A stretch of DNA of 64,000 nt from Takakia lepidozioides (Eukaryota > Plantae > Bryophyta). The stretch is taken from contig CM060731.1 of assembly GCA_030704615.1 (NCBI GenBank), positions 44,640,001-44,704,000 of the forward strand, written 5' to 3'. The position numbers and the translations under genes are program-made. This document shows positions 13,901 through 25,569 of the stretch, piece after piece. Within the stretch, counting starts at the first letter, position 1. Each line of letters opens with the position of its first letter. The notes beneath the pieces were generated by a model. The model ran no database searches, was not told the origin of the DNA, and worked only from the letters and a program-made list of their open reading frames with translations.

Positions 13901-14340
13901 TTCAACATACCATGAGGTGCCACAACTCAAGCTAGTCCGATCTGTAAGACACACAATACATAGAACCCTCAAAATACTCTATGTTTCAAATTTATTTTAA
14001 ATCCCTGAGCCCTGCAAACCTCTCCTACCAATGTTGGTTTTGGGGCTCCATCTACAAGTCTAGTAAACTTACCATGTGCTACTGTCCATTCCTCAATGTT
14101 GGAAGGCATGTCTGCAGGCCTTACCTTGATGAACTCTGCATAGGACCAATTGCTTTTCCGACGTGAAAGATGCTGACTAAAACTGAAGGGACTTGCTGTG
14201 AACACAGGAGGGTCATTTGGAATACAGTGCAGCTGCTGCCGGAGTTTCTTCAAGTCCTTCTTCAGGAGTTTATATTGGCAATAGGCCCCCCTCCATTCTG
14301 GCACCAGCTGTAGCTCCAACTGTTTTGAAAACTTCACCAT
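4991..14340 (-). CDS. PHO1: PHO1-family SPX-EXS phosphate exporter, about 787 aa. Exons 14340-14125, 13449-13188, 12971-12527, 12086-12038, 11595-11524, 11063-10934, 10695-10575, 10145-9887, 8775-8671, 8437-8393, 8216-8064, 6937-6659, 6225-6089, 5081-4991
   Basis: MVKFSKQL..W...Y..YKLLKK and KIMKKYDK (SPX basic clusters); [61 protein letters not shown] (EXS). All exon phases join into an open frame of 2364 nt. Confidence 0.95.
5581..5642 (-). mobile_element. Short (CATTT)n-tailed retro-element copy (PHO1 intron 13)
   Basis: Core AAGCTC-nnn-GAGCTTTCCGCGGACGTTATAAAGCAC(CATTT)n on the minus strand. Confidence 0.75.
7035..7140 (-). mobile_element. Two tandem copies of the short (CATTT)n element (PHO1 intron 11)
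   Basis: Near-consensus copy at 7035-7082 and degenerate copy at 7105-7140. Confidence 0.7.
7617..7663 (-). mobile_element. Degenerate copy of the short (CATTT)n element
   Basis: ataacgtccactgaaagctcaaagagcttattgggaca. Confidence 0.65.
8517..8644 (-). mobile_element. Two tandem copies of the short (CATTT)n element (PHO1 intron 9)
   Basis: Near-consensus copy at 8517-8582 and degenerate copy at 8599-8644. Confidence 0.7.
9346..9613 (-). mobile_element. Two copies of the short (CATTT)n element (PHO1 intron 8)
   Basis: Copies at 9346-9413 and 9528-9613. The latter shares extended 5' sequence with the copy at 40093. Confidence 0.75.
12213..12268 (-). mobile_element. Degenerate copy of the short (CATTT)n element (PHO1 intron 3)
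   Basis: (gaaat)3 gg...ctttataatgaccatggcaagctcaaag. Confidence 0.5.
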
Positions 14341-17300
14341 TACTTTGCAGGCCCTCCCTTCTTCTCACTGAGGTCGTAAACAATGCTTCTTTGATATAGA
14401 ATTTGGCCAATGCCAATCCAGGCAGTCTGGAATTATTGCCTGTTGGATGACAGATTGACAGGAATCTGACAACCGGACCCTCCAAACATCCTTCTTTCAT
14501 CGTGCCATCCTTCCTCTTGGAAAAAGGAGCAGATGAACTCCTCTCTACTGATCAAGTTGTTCAGATGCTTGGACAAGGAGTCTACAGACGACTGCATGAC
14601 AAAGGCTGGTCATACTCTTGAATTAATAACAGATTGATACTGATTCATAGGCTCCAATGTGCCCTATCCAAGCCTGCCAATCAAGAAACTTCACCCTACG
14701 TCCATGCGCAACTCTTTCCTACTGATTGAAGCATAGCACAACACTGTCAGTCGATGTAAATAGTACCAGCCATGGGCATTTCATGAATTTGTAAATCAAA
14801 ACTGCTGTGAAATCCCCTGCTGTGCCCTATCACAGAGTATGCTCCCTGCTAGCATGCAAGACACCACGCACAGAGATTGAACATTTAAACAAGAGTTGGA
14901 AAAATTAAGTAGGCACGCTTGATCCTATTTCTTCAAAACTATGTCCATTGGAGCATCCAGGAAGCCCGGTAGCAAATCTTTTTAAGCTGATTTACTCCAA
15001 CCTCCCTCTTCCAGCAGTGCCTGTAATTAGAGCTTTTGCGGGTCTACAAGGAAACGTCAAACTATAGAGACAATGGCAAGTCTACGACTTCAAAGTTTCG
15101 TGCAGCAATCGTAGACGAAGCCTAAAATTAGGTTATGTGCCGATCCAACACGGTGTTAGAAAAAAACTGCACAAATCAGATTTTGTATTTACAAGCTAAC
15201 CTGGTTCCAATGAAACAACATACCTGATCTATAAGGGTAACCAGTGGCCGGCGTCTACAAACTCTCAGCAGCAGGATTCGTGCTCGATACATTCTCGCTT
15301 GCGAACGGAATTTGCAGATCCAAACTGCAACATGCACCTGACACTCATGAAATAGGCAAGACCTCCGGATTCTCAGTGCATAGAATGCTGGAATGGATGA
15401 CTGACCAGTTAATGGGCGCAGCCTCAAACTTAGGATCATCCTTCAACTGTCTATCAGGCGAATATGTCATAGGCAAGACAGGCACAGGACAGGCTTAAGC
15501 TAAGAGTGCACGTGTGAAATTTCCCCGCTCAAGACTTCAGATCGACCACTATTTTCGAGCTCTGACACAGCAGGCGAAAACATACTTTCCCCTCCAGGCC
15601 AAGCGAGATTTTTCAAGAACAAAAAGTACGACCTGCATTTGAGCCCCAACACATCTCCACAGAAATATACATTTACTTCAAACAAGTACCGGAGATATTG
15701 ACTTGACATCTTTGCCACTCCAATTCTTGCAAGGCGTGAAGACTTCCAAATTTGAAGATTGTTGATGTGCAACAAAGAGCAACCATCTTAAACGTTAACA
15801 AGCTGTTCAATCACATCAATGCAGGGCCCGCTTCTAACCTGCCTTGTTGATAAGCGTTAAAAACTAATCCCAGATGTTTGTGGTTGGTCTCAACTACTGG
15901 AAAGGCTGTTCATGTCAGTGCTTTTAGGCCGTCTCCTGCTTGATTCGCCTTCTCCCGCTTCTGGAAGCCATTCGTCTCAAACCTCCATAATAGCGGAAGG
16001 TTTATGGAACTGCTTTCAAGAGTGGAAGCCGCAATGCAAATAGTTAATGACAGTGGCCTATAGCAGCCACATTATAGCAAAAAGAGAAAGAAAGAACAAA
16101 GAAAGATAGAAAGGACCGTCACAAAACACAGAAAGGCTTGAATTGACATTGAACAGTTCAGTATCTATGGATTAAGGAAAGAGCGCTGAAAATGATTATT
16201 TGTACTTGTTCTCAGACTCGGACAGACGCAAAGAGAAAGAGAGGGGGGATCAAAGCATGACACTGCACAATAATCTTACAATTGGATAAAAGAAACGATA
16301 GCAATCAGACAGATTTTTCGAGTTCAATGATGTGTTTGCGAGAGGAAGAAGGGGGACAGAGAGAGAGAGAGAGGCGCGACAGGCACCTGGAGTATCTCAC
16401 CCTGAAGAGAAAGACATATGCTGTAACTTGTGAGAGGAAGAGAATAGAGAAGAATAGATTATTTTGTTGCAACAAACCGCAGATATTTCGATCAGATGAA
16501 AGATGACTGAGATCGGAATTGAAATTTGCTCACGAGACAGGATTGAAATATTGTGCGATGAAGCGAAGGAACTTCTCATCGCAAATCTGAGGGGCACGCA
16601 AAATTATCAAGAATTTATATCAATGCTCTCTACCACCCCCGAATCTCGTGTCCTCAGTTTGCTTTCTGATGTCAATTTGCCGTTCAATCAAATTTTGTAT
16701 TTCATCTTCCGGTCACATAATGCGTCGCCAGGCACGCAAGAGTCACCCCGTCCGGTTTCCCGGTTCCGGCTCACCAGGGACGATCGGGAACCCTGCTTCT
16801 GACTTCTGACAGAAATACTTTCTTTTGGCTACAGCCAGCCACTCAAGTTTATGCAAGGCATTAAACTACCATGACAAAAAAGTACATCGGAACTGCGGGC
16901 TTCGACTGCTCTCAACGAACACTTGATCATCACCCAATGAGTACCGGCAAGGAGTTACCTACCACGGCTGCGATGTTCAGTATCTGCAGAAGAACGAGAG
17001 AAACCAGGAGTCATTTGGCCAATGCTCTACCAGTATTCAGTGCAGTGCAAGAACACGTGTGCTACATTCAGGGCAAGAACAGCAAGCCTGGCAGGGTTCG
17101 CTTGCCCTGCAAACCCGGCGCGTGTGCGCGCATACATGTAGCCGCATAGGATTGCAAGGCCAAAGAGCACATGATTTTGCATGTGGGACCCCACCGTGAC
17201 TCGAAATTCAGGAAACGGGTCGGAACTCGGTACCCATGTTTCTCCGGAGAGTCCAAATCTAGCAAACGTAAACTTGTGGGCCACGCACAGCACCACATTT

Positions 17301-17449
17301 CTTTCGCCACAATCCCGGTTGGGACTCGGGAGTTCGCCACTACACTTTCATGGGGAGTTGAAATGAAGTTGACTGTGGAGTCTCCGGGATTTCGTTTCCC
17401 TACGTGAGTCGATCTGTTGTCCCGTGCACAAGATTCTTAGAAACCCCTT

Positions 17450-17457
17450 GGATATTC
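17450..17457. promoter_or_regulatory. P1BS-type motif (GNATATNC) upstream of PHO1
   Basis: GGATATTC fits the PHR-binding consensus, but a single site is expected by chance every few kb. Confidence 0.25.
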
Positions 17458-18369
17458 GGATATATCTGAGCAACTTCCAAGGCCATGATAGAGTGTGACG
17501 TGACAGAGCACAGCCATGGGGTGACATCAGGCCTTCACATGCACCCCATTGCGACAATCTGCGAGCGAAAACCAGTGTACATAGAATGGAATTGAAAGGA
17601 AGTATTATGACCGACTCTACAAACCAGTTTGAAGCTGGATCAGTGCAAGCCATAACGGGGGACAAACACCATACAAACGTGCGCACAAAACGCTTTGCCA
17701 CCAAAACTTACCAGCACCCAGCACCAACCGACAGCACATGGTTCTGACTGTCCACAAATATTGTGGAGAGGGGCAGCTGCCACAGTATGGAGATTCGAAC
17801 CTGGAACCTGGAACAGCTAGTTTAGGCTGCCCCAGTACAGTCGTAAACCGTCAGGGCGGCTAAAAAGCGTTGGTTAGTCCTTTGCAGAGACGGTTACCTA
17901 TCTAATCGGACGGGCCCACACGATGTTGGCGTGCCCCGACCGACTCCGAGCTCAAATCCCTAAACTCTCGAGATAGTCATGTTGATTTCATCTGTATACA
18001 CAGCTGAACCACCCTTTTGTCGTATAAATAAGGTGGCACTCGTTGAACAATAGAACCGCATTTTCCACGTTTTTCTTAAAAGGGTGAGATTTTAGAGCCT
18101 AGGGTTTTGAGTCGTCGTCTCTCTAGGGAGGGCCCGCAAGAACCTCTGCAGCTACAAGATGCTCTCGGGCTGTTGTGAGCCTCCTTCCGTGTTCATATTT
18201 AAGTTAGCCTTTGCGGAGTTCGCAGTTGGCAGGTCTTCTCTGACTGAACGCATGTCCGCTTCTTCGTCAGCTTGCTACCGAAAAAGCTCCTTGGACTGAA
18301 GTATTGGCAACAGAAGACTGTGTTTGAACTTCGAACGCTCCTTGGGGCCTTGGCTCAAAACAATTGGGA

Positions 18370-19000
18370 TGGATGGGATGGATGACGGTCTATGAGGCAG
18401 TTGTGGAGTCGGCACCCTAACAATATGGCACCAGTCGGTGTGCAAGCGATGGGATTTCCTGCCTTCTAGTCCCGGCTTTGTCGTACTCAGTCCTTGTTAA
18501 GAATCGTACTTCTTCTCTTTCGATTCCCAGACCATGGATGCAGCATTTGGACTAAGCATGAGGACTGTGTTCTCACGTGTTTTCAACCAGCTCTTGAGCT
18601 GCTGGAAGCAATTTCCATCTCTGATTCTTCGAGCCAGTTCTAACAGAACTGGTGGTGGACAGATAAAAGGCCTACGAGCTTACCATGGTAAGCTTGACTC
18701 AGATGATGACATTGGACCTGTGAAGCCGCAAGTGTATGACTCAGTTTCCGCCGGTTGGAAAGAGACTGAAGACCTGCCACATTTTATTGACAGGGTTTAA
18801 GACACATGTGATCTGTGGCAATGTTATCTACGCCATGCTCACCACGGATCTGCCAAGCGAGTTTGTTTGTATATGACACAGCGAGTGGTATATGGAGTAA
18901 GCATGGACGCCCAATTCTCTCAATTGTCACGGACGCCTTTTAATGGTTGGGGCAAAAATGATGTGCCGAAAGCCATTCTCCTGTGGGAATTCAGAGTTTT
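18370..19000 (+). pseudogene. F-box pseudogene, paralogue of the gene at 23895-25091
   Basis: Collinear fragments SVCKRW..PSSPGF, VFNQLLSCWKQFP, QVYDSVSAGWKETEDLP, HVICGNVIY, VYDTASGIW, AILLWEFRV align with the intact F-box ORF. Multiple frameshifts, deletions and stops. Confidence 0.8.
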
Positions 19001-21308
19001 GACTGGCTTCCTGATCGACTGAACCACAGATTACACAGTTTGACCAACGCATGTTGATTTGCATCTGGGACTGACTTTCCTGCTCCTTTCCACCCTAAGG
19101 AAATAAAGATTTTGTCTTCAAATGATAGGCCTGCTTTAGCTTCGCTGTACTCTGCCCCAAGGTAGAGACTATACCCATGGTTGTATACAGTCACTATGTT
19201 CTGCAATTTGCAAGTACATGTCACCGATGGGGTTATGTGCCATGCACTCCTCCCTTTCAGGGGATTCACAGCATGAGTAGGTTTGAGAGGCCCAGGCTAA
19301 CATGAAGAAGGAATCTCAATGACCCTTTTTGCACTTGTAATTTAGTTCTACGCCAGAGCCCTTGCATGGGGCACTGCTTGTGTTCAGCGTGGAATGTGTT
19401 ACCTCCTCCTCAATCAGGGGCCACTCAGTACCTGTCGGATGATTGTAGGTGGATGAGCAGGAGGCAGCAGTGGGGCCAAATGCCTGACCGGGCATTACGA
19501 TTTTATACCTAAGGTGATATCCGCAGCACACAACTGGAATCAAGAAGCATAAACGATAGTGAGAAAAACATTTGCGCGGAGAGCAACTTATAGACCTGAA
19601 GACATTCTGGGTCAGCTGCCACAAGAAGAGGGGAGGGGAGGGACGTGACATATTTCTGAAGGAAGCGTTTGCCATAACAGACACTAGAGAGAAGGGAACG
19701 AGGGGTTTTGGGCAAGGAGAGACATGCAAAAAGCTAGATGAGAAAGTCGAGAGATTCTCTGAGGTGGAGAGGTGAGAGAGAGTGAAATGGTCAAACCACA
19801 CTAGAGAAAGGCAAAGAAACCAGTACAAGGCTTGAAGTCACTAGCTCAATGGCTCGCAGGAATAGCAAAAGAGACGCAGTCTGGAGAAAGTGTGCAGAGA
19901 GCTACCTAACTCGGACAAGCAGGGTAGGTGAAGATTGTCACAAGTGATGGAGATATTCCGCCACTAAGTTGCCATGATTAATGCAATGCTCTTCCCATGA
20001 AGCTTTTTGCCACTCAGGACATTGCTCAGTAATAGTATCAGAAACTGCAATCAGACTTAAGAGTTTCTGCTACCACCTGGGGGTCCTGCAGTTCAGTTCA
20101 GCAATCATGATCCAAAAGCTGTCGATGCAGGAGTGACCAAATGGGTCAATCGATGGAACCAAACTGCACTGCAGATGGAGGTGGATAAACCCTGTTTTTT
20201 TCACTCTGCTTCCAAGGTTCCTTTGCTGTTGTCCAAACAGGAGAAATAGTTTTGGAGGGAATTCTGGTGTTGCAAGTGATCAATACACAGCAAAGGGATC
20301 AAAATAAACCTAAAAGATTTCCCTGTACCAATAAGAGCTTGTACGAGTTTTGCAGTGTCTTGCACTTTTTGGAGATCAAATAGGAGGAAATGCTCTGGGC
20401 CATGATCAAACGTTGTTTCAACTGATTCAAGGGCTGAATCCTCAAACTTACGTTCCTGACAAGACAGTGAGAGAAACCACCGATATTTGGCAGAACCAGT
20501 AACTCGAGCGATTAAGTGCTATCATCTGTGCAGCACAAAAAGAGCCCACTGTTATTTCTTTTCGCTCACATTTATGAGACATTTCTCAGGCGTAGGATGG
20601 TGTATGTCTTCAGTGTTTATACTCATGAATATTAGACTTTAGGCTGTGAGACCATTTGTTGATTTTTAGGCAGATGTTTGGGTAAAGAAAACATCCCAAC
20701 TTGAGGAAGCTCTTGCATGAGCTTTTTGACATGAATAAATTGAAAATTGAGCTGATTACTGACTTGGCATGATCACTAACTTATGGCTACCCATGTTTCT
20801 GGTTTCCTTTCACTATCATACTGCACGTTGTATGATAGTGGAATCAAACCGGAAACATGGGTAGCCATTGTAAATTTATACACACATACCAAGAGTTGTG
20901 TCCCTCCAAGATTCACCATATGACGTGTTGAATCCATTAGTGAGCAGCCATTAAAAGGCTCATCTGGACACAATTATGTTGAAAGGGCACAACGGAATTC
21001 ATACAAGATGGGCGGTCCTCGAGTGAAATGGCAACCGTCGGAGCCCTGAAAGGGTGCATCACTTGAAGAGGAAGTCCATCTTCCGCGGCGAGGCGTTGAT
21101 TCTAGGGAGAGAAAGAGCATCTAGTTCTATGATCTTTGCTTACATAGCAGGTTGATACTTCTAAGGAGATTCAGATGCATCCACATGTGGGGTGGAGTTG
21201 TTCTAGCTAATTTTTTCTGTCCAGACTCTTCATGTCTCTCTTTTACGATTCGATTGACATAGCAAAAGCTACAATTAGGTCGAGCTAACGGTGTTTTGTG
21301 ACTATAGG

Positions 21309-21962
21309 ATGGGTTGCAATTCTTCAAAGACGGTGAGAATATATTGCAAGGCCAACCCTGACTACCACTTGGCTGTTCGGAAGGGAGTAGGAACTGGGGT
21401 GGTCTTGGTTGGTTCGGATACTAAAGATAATAGTACTTTGTGGATCCTTGACCTACGTATGAGCAAGAAGTATCAGTGGAAGGATGCATTCTCAATCGTC
21501 CATAAGACAACTAAGCAAGCTGTCAAACATGCAGAGGCGATGGGTAGGCAGGTTATATTGACTGATTATGATCCGAAGGTATTGAATGAGAAGGTTTTGT
21601 GGGCCCCTAGCGGGGATGTGGGTGGTGGCTACCGTGCACTAGCCCCTGCAAAAAGACCTCCACCACAACCAGACAAGAAAGGGAAGAACAAACCAAAAAA
21701 GAAAGAACCAGAGAAAACAGCCGTGGAAAAGCAAGAATCAGTCGAAGAAGGCAAAAATATATCTGAAGGAAAAGACGAGGACAAGTTGGTCTTGCATGCG
21801 TTGCGATGCATGGCATGCGCTGAATTGGAAGGACCCACCGGGAACGACGAGCCACATCGTATGAAAGAGAATACACTCGTCATTCTCTTCAAGGACAGCA
21901 CACAGGATGGACCTGGAAAAGTCGCTCTCAACCAGCTCTGGAAAATGGACCAGGCTGTATAA
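21309..21962 (+). CDS. EUL (Euonymus lectin / ricin-B-like) domain protein with MGCxxS N-terminus and a K/E/P-rich insertion, 217 aa
   Basis: TVRIYCKANPDY.L, AFSIVHKTTKQAVKH, LTDYDP..LNEKVLW..SGDVGGGYRAL and NQLWKM match EUL motifs. ATG at 21309 follows a splice-acceptor-like tatag|g. Confidence 0.8.
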   Translation: MGCNSSKTVRIYCKANPDYHLAVRKGVGTGVVLVGSDTKDNSTLWILDLRMSKKYQWKDAFSIVHKTTKQAVKHAEAMGRQVILTDYDPKVLNEKVLWAPSGDVGGGYRALAPAKRPPPQPDKKGKNKPKKKEPEKTAVEKQESVEEGKNISEGKDEDKLVLHALRCMACAELEGPTGNDEPHRMKENTLVILFKDSTQDGPGKVALNQLWKMDQAV

Positions 21963-22894
21963 TTGAACAATATATGATATGACTCCCTCTTTACAACCAC
22001 TTGAACTTACCTGGATGATTGTATAGTGCAGCAAAGGGTTACATTACAATAACTCTAATTCGTATGCTAGTGGCTGGACACTTTCCTTTCTCAAATCACG
22101 AATGCATGAACTATGAGGCGGTTGAAGCGACGGTCGATTTCATGTTCTATGCATCATTTGGACAATCTTGATCGGCTAACTATTCACATTGAAGTTTCTC
22201 AAATCCGAGCTACCGGTTTCGTACATTTACATGAACATGAGGTAATGGAATTGGGGGATCTCAAGGAGAAAGTCCCCCTCGGTACTAGTAAGCGAAGTTG
22301 GCACTGTGCTTAACATGGGGAAGTCACGTAATGGGGGACAAGTTGGGTATACTAATTCATTACCAATGCAATTGGTGAACTATTTAATCCAATGATTTCA
22401 TGGATCAGAATAAGGGGAAGAGATGTGACCACAACGCCCTGTCTATCGATTTGGCGAGAAAGGTAGACGAGAAGATTATGGAGTGTCGGAAATGGAGGGG
22501 TGGTGAAGGAGAGTAAGAGGGTCTTGATCAAATGGGGAAGGGGCATAAGTAAAGGTGAAGCTTTACGTACGTATGAATCTCTTGAATCAGCATAGCATTC
22601 CTTATCCAGCGAGTCTCTCGAGTAACCATCAGAGAATTTCTTGAGGACGAGTTCAATCACACCTCATGTTTAGAAATCATATACAAGTCAGTTCTATACC
22701 TATGTAAACTTGGTGATGGTGATCTCTAATTTTTTTCTAACGTCCACGGAACTTAGACCATAGATGGGACGATGAGGTAGGTCTGCTGTACCATGAGGAG
22801 CAGTCCGATGGAAAGATTTGAATGGCGAGGTGTTTTACAAGGTCTAGACCGACCTTCGATTGAATACCATTTTAAATGTATCAAACTTGAATCC

Positions 22895-22985
22895 AGCTCA
22901 AGGAAAATAATGACATGCTTCTGGATGAGTACATGGCCATTAAAAAACAAAAAATCCAGAAGCATGTCATTATTTTCCTGGAGCT
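22895..22985. repeat. 32-bp inverted repeat (1 mismatch) with 27-nt loop
   Basis: agctcaaggaaaataatgacatgcttctggat ... atccagaagcatgtcattattttcctggagct. Confidence 0.9.
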
Positions 22986-23894
22986 ACCCGGGAGCTACCG
23001 CTCACATACAGGCCCCTTAATTATAGTGAGAGGAGAAAATAACCTCTTTCACAGTAACCTCGCCATGAAGCACAAGGCTCAAGGGACAACGCAGGGGGAG
23101 AAGACTCTACCACATCCGTCAAGGTAGCAAGATTTAAACCCAAATCACCTGGGTGGTATCCAATTTGAGCTCCGGACTGGTGGTCCATTTTGGGTTGTCG
23201 AGATTAAGAATTTGTAGGGTGCTGCATGTTAGCATGCAAACGTTTTGAGGCTCTTGTTTCAGATTAGCATCTAGGCTGGTTGTGAAGATTTTTCTCAAGA
23301 ATGTCTACCGAATGGTAGGTGATGATACCGAACTGCTAGTATGGATGTTGACGTGCTTCATGTGATTTAGTCAAAAACGTAATTTCAGGACGATGGAAAT
23401 TGGCAGGTGATTGCGAGGCCTTAAATAATCCACCTCATCATGGATTCATGTGCATCTCTACCGCTTATCATTCTATGGTCTCAAGAAATTTCCTTTACAT
23501 CTATCTAAAAGAAGTGTGTCTAATTACAAAGTAGGAGAATACATTGTCACAATGCTTCAAGATTGCATTGTGAACGAGACCCTAGCTCAACAATTTTGAC
23601 ATTTAGCGGGATTTCAAGAAAATTCTAGACCTTGATGTTGCCGTCTACAGCCATACTACTGATTTGTCTTGCCCTTTGAGCATCTTGTTGTAAATTGAAG
23701 TCGCAGCATGGGCTACCAAGCCGAAAAAAACAAAACAGCGTTCCACATGTGACCCATTGCAGTGAAACCAAGATATTACACCACACTCAATGGACCCTCA
23801 ATTAATAAAAGGTGCATCGGGCGAGAAGAGTTTTGTCTTGATGTACTGGCCAGTATCCAATTAATAAGTTGCACGAAGATGCACTAAAGACTAG

Positions 23895-25091
23895 TTAGGC
23901 TATTGTACTAAAACTAAGAGAGCCAACCACGCTGCTACAATATTCTACATGTGTCTTTGGATTGAGACGCAGCCATCGCCACTCTGCTTGCACCAAGTCG
24001 TACACCACAGTTCGGGATGTTCCGCCTGCAACCAAGACTACGAGATCACAATACAACACCGGCTGTACTGAATACCACCCAGCAAACTCTGAAAAATAAC
24101 TGTGGTCACGCATTTCATCAGGTAGTCTCGCAATCTCCTTCAGCTCCAAAGTTGAGACCTTCAACTCCCATAGTAGAATCGCTCTTGGTTCCTCCCTTGC
24201 TCTTGCTCTCCTATCAATGCCAACTACTAATACGCGCCCCCGACTCTCCAAAAGGTGTGGCCGGTCTAAACAAGTGGGCATCTCTATTGGAACCTCCCTC
24301 CATACACCACAACGAATGTCGTAAGCCAACGTGCAATCCCCAATGAATCGTCTGCGAGATGTAGTCTTGAAACCCAATACGTATAATAAGTTGTCGCAGA
24401 TCGCATGTGTTGAAATGGTCCGATAACCAACGTTTAAGGAGTCCGGCAAGTTTCCTGTTCCATTCCAACACTTGGAAATCGAATCATACACTAGCGTCCT
24501 CGAAGGTCCGTTTATTATATCCTCCTCCTCATGGGTTATCATAATAATTTTGTACGCCTTAGTACATCGATCTACTACAAGTTTTGTTAGGGGCGAGCGT
24601 CGACATTTGTAAGGAAAATCTGGAAGTTGGATGCAGCACTTCAAGAGAGGGTTGCAGACACAATATATATGCGACTCCTCGGACGTACTTGATCGAATCA
24701 AAAGCAGTCCTGCATCTGCAGCAATAATGCTGTCAATGAAAATCTCTGTCTTTATAAATCCCTTTGTGCGACGCAAGTGGTCTTTCAGGAATTGAATGTC
24801 GATTGCGTGCAGTAAGTTGCTTATGGGATCAAAAACTGTGATGTAGCTCAAACTGTCAACCGAGATGAAGTACAATGGTTCCCCTTCACCAGGGGCAAGC
24901 CCAGACGAGCGATGGCTGATGCAGAGCTGAAGGAAACTTGGAGATGGCAGGAGAGAATTCCATCTCTTGCACACTGACCGTAGCCGGCACAGGTGTGGAT
25001 ACGGCAAGCGTACTAACACTGTGTGCGCTACTAACTCCAAAGGCAGCTCAGGCAACTTCTGGATCTCTTGTGGCTCCACACTCTCATCCAT
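23895..25091 (-). CDS. F-box protein with kelch-like/FBA C-terminus, intronless, 398 aa
   Basis: LPELPLELV...LVRLP...L.RLRSVCKRWNSL F-box; GLL...VCNPL.....LP and VYDS....W repeats. Confidence 0.9.
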   Translation of the reverse strand: MDESVEPQEIQKLPELPLELVAHTVLVRLPYPHLCRLRSVCKRWNSLLPSPSFLQLCISHRSSGLAPGEGEPLYFISVDSLSYITVFDPISNLLHAIDIQFLKDHLRRTKGFIKTEIFIDSIIAADAGLLLIRSSTSEESHIYCVCNPLLKCCIQLPDFPYKCRRSPLTKLVVDRCTKAYKIIMITHEEEDIINGPSRTLVYDSISKCWNGTGNLPDSLNVGYRTISTHAICDNLLYVLGFKTTSRRRFIGDCTLAYDIRCGVWREVPIEMPTCLDRPHLLESRGRVLVVGIDRRARAREEPRAILLWELKVSTLELKEIARLPDEMRDHSYFSEFAGWYSVQPVLYCDLVVLVAGGTSRTVVYDLVQAEWRWLRLNPKTHVEYCSSVVGSLSFSTIA

Positions 25092-25569
25092 CTTAGGGCC
25101 CTAAGCTAGAAGTAGCATAGCAATGGCAGAAAGGGCGAGAGTGGAAGACTCGTGCACTAGCAATCTGACCCTCGAGGATCCGGATAGTATGAACAAAGAT
25201 AGAGAAACCTGGGACTCGGAAAAACCCTCCAAGGTACCCAAAGCAGGACCACTTGAGCTAGGTATAACACGTGAGTGCTTGAACTCGCAATAGTTCCTAG
25301 AGGCTGTCCTCGAGCAATATTTGCTGGATACCATCAACAAAGTGAACACAGTGTATATATAAAGAGTTCGAACTTTAACGGTCACAGCTTTTCATATTTT
25401 GGTCATACTTTTCTCCATTTAGAGACGGATACTACTTTTTCAAACGCATAACGTTTCTTTAAAGTTTCCGATAGTAATTGTGTCACCCCGTGCACAATTG
25501 GTTATCCCAGAACATTGGGAACAGAAATTTTCTTAACGAAAGTCGCTACTTAACAGATTAACAGCGGAA

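Noticed and set aside
17197-17410. Imperfect inverted repeat upstream of PHO1
   Set aside because: Pairing too patchy to call a structured RNA
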